The position numbers and the translations under genes were made by a program. Under the pieces are notes generated by a model. It made no database searches. It was given only the letters and a program-made list of their open reading frames with translations, and was not told the DNA's origin. 24,000 bases of DNA, taken from contig NC_015573.1 in the NCBI RefSeq assembly GCF_000214705.1, forward strand, positions 1,798,911 through 1,822,910. Reading direction: 5' to 3'. Of the stretch, positions 23,946 to 24,000 are shown piece by piece. The stretch is from Desulfofundulus kuznetsovii DSM 6115 (GTDB taxonomy: Bacteria; Bacillota; Desulfotomaculia; Desulfotomaculales; Desulfovirgulaceae). Position 1 is the stretch's first letter; every line of letters begins with the position of its first letter.

Positions 23946-24000
23946 CAGTCATCCCTTTCCCGCAATTTAGTCCAGGGTGGTCACCGGCAGGGACCCCGGC

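Noticed and set aside
20546-23970. Plus-strand ORFs across cheA, cheW and motA (e.g. 21170..21937, 21241..21816, 23118..23783)
   Set aside because: They are antisense to genes with unambiguous CheA/CheW/MotA motifs.
23967-24000. Possible 3' end of a minus-strand gene (..PGSLPVTTLD*) upstream of motA
   Set aside because: Only 11 codons are visible, so it cannot be identified or even confirmed as coding.

Overview
This is a GC-rich bacterial chromosome segment. Gene content suggests a motile, possibly thermophilic Clostridia/Peptococcaceae-like Firmicute, but that is inference only. From about 10.3 to 24 kb the window is a flagellar/chemotaxis locus: fliC (minus), an IS200/IS605 element, csrA and fliW (minus), fliD-fliS-fliT-like (plus), and flaG-cheB-cheA-cheW-motA (minus). 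The first 10.3 kb, downstream of fliC, is a mosaic accessory region. It holds two diverged Uma2 (DUF820) nuclease genes inside a segmental duplication and an MNT/HepT toxin-antitoxin pair. It also holds a visibly AT-richer, co-directional three-gene set: an orphan 345-aa protein, a LAGLIDADG nuclease fused to tandem RHH-like motifs, and a K-channel-like membrane protein. That set is split by an IS110-family element with a candidate bridge RNA. A class-C-like group II intron sits 6 nt behind a terminator hairpin. Invisible in the ORF track, an ORF-less 350-nt group I intron interrupts the 3' remnant of a second flagellin gene. Most long plus/minus 'shadow' ORFs in the track lie antisense to real genes and are rejected. 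No rRNA, tRNA or CRISPR array was seen.
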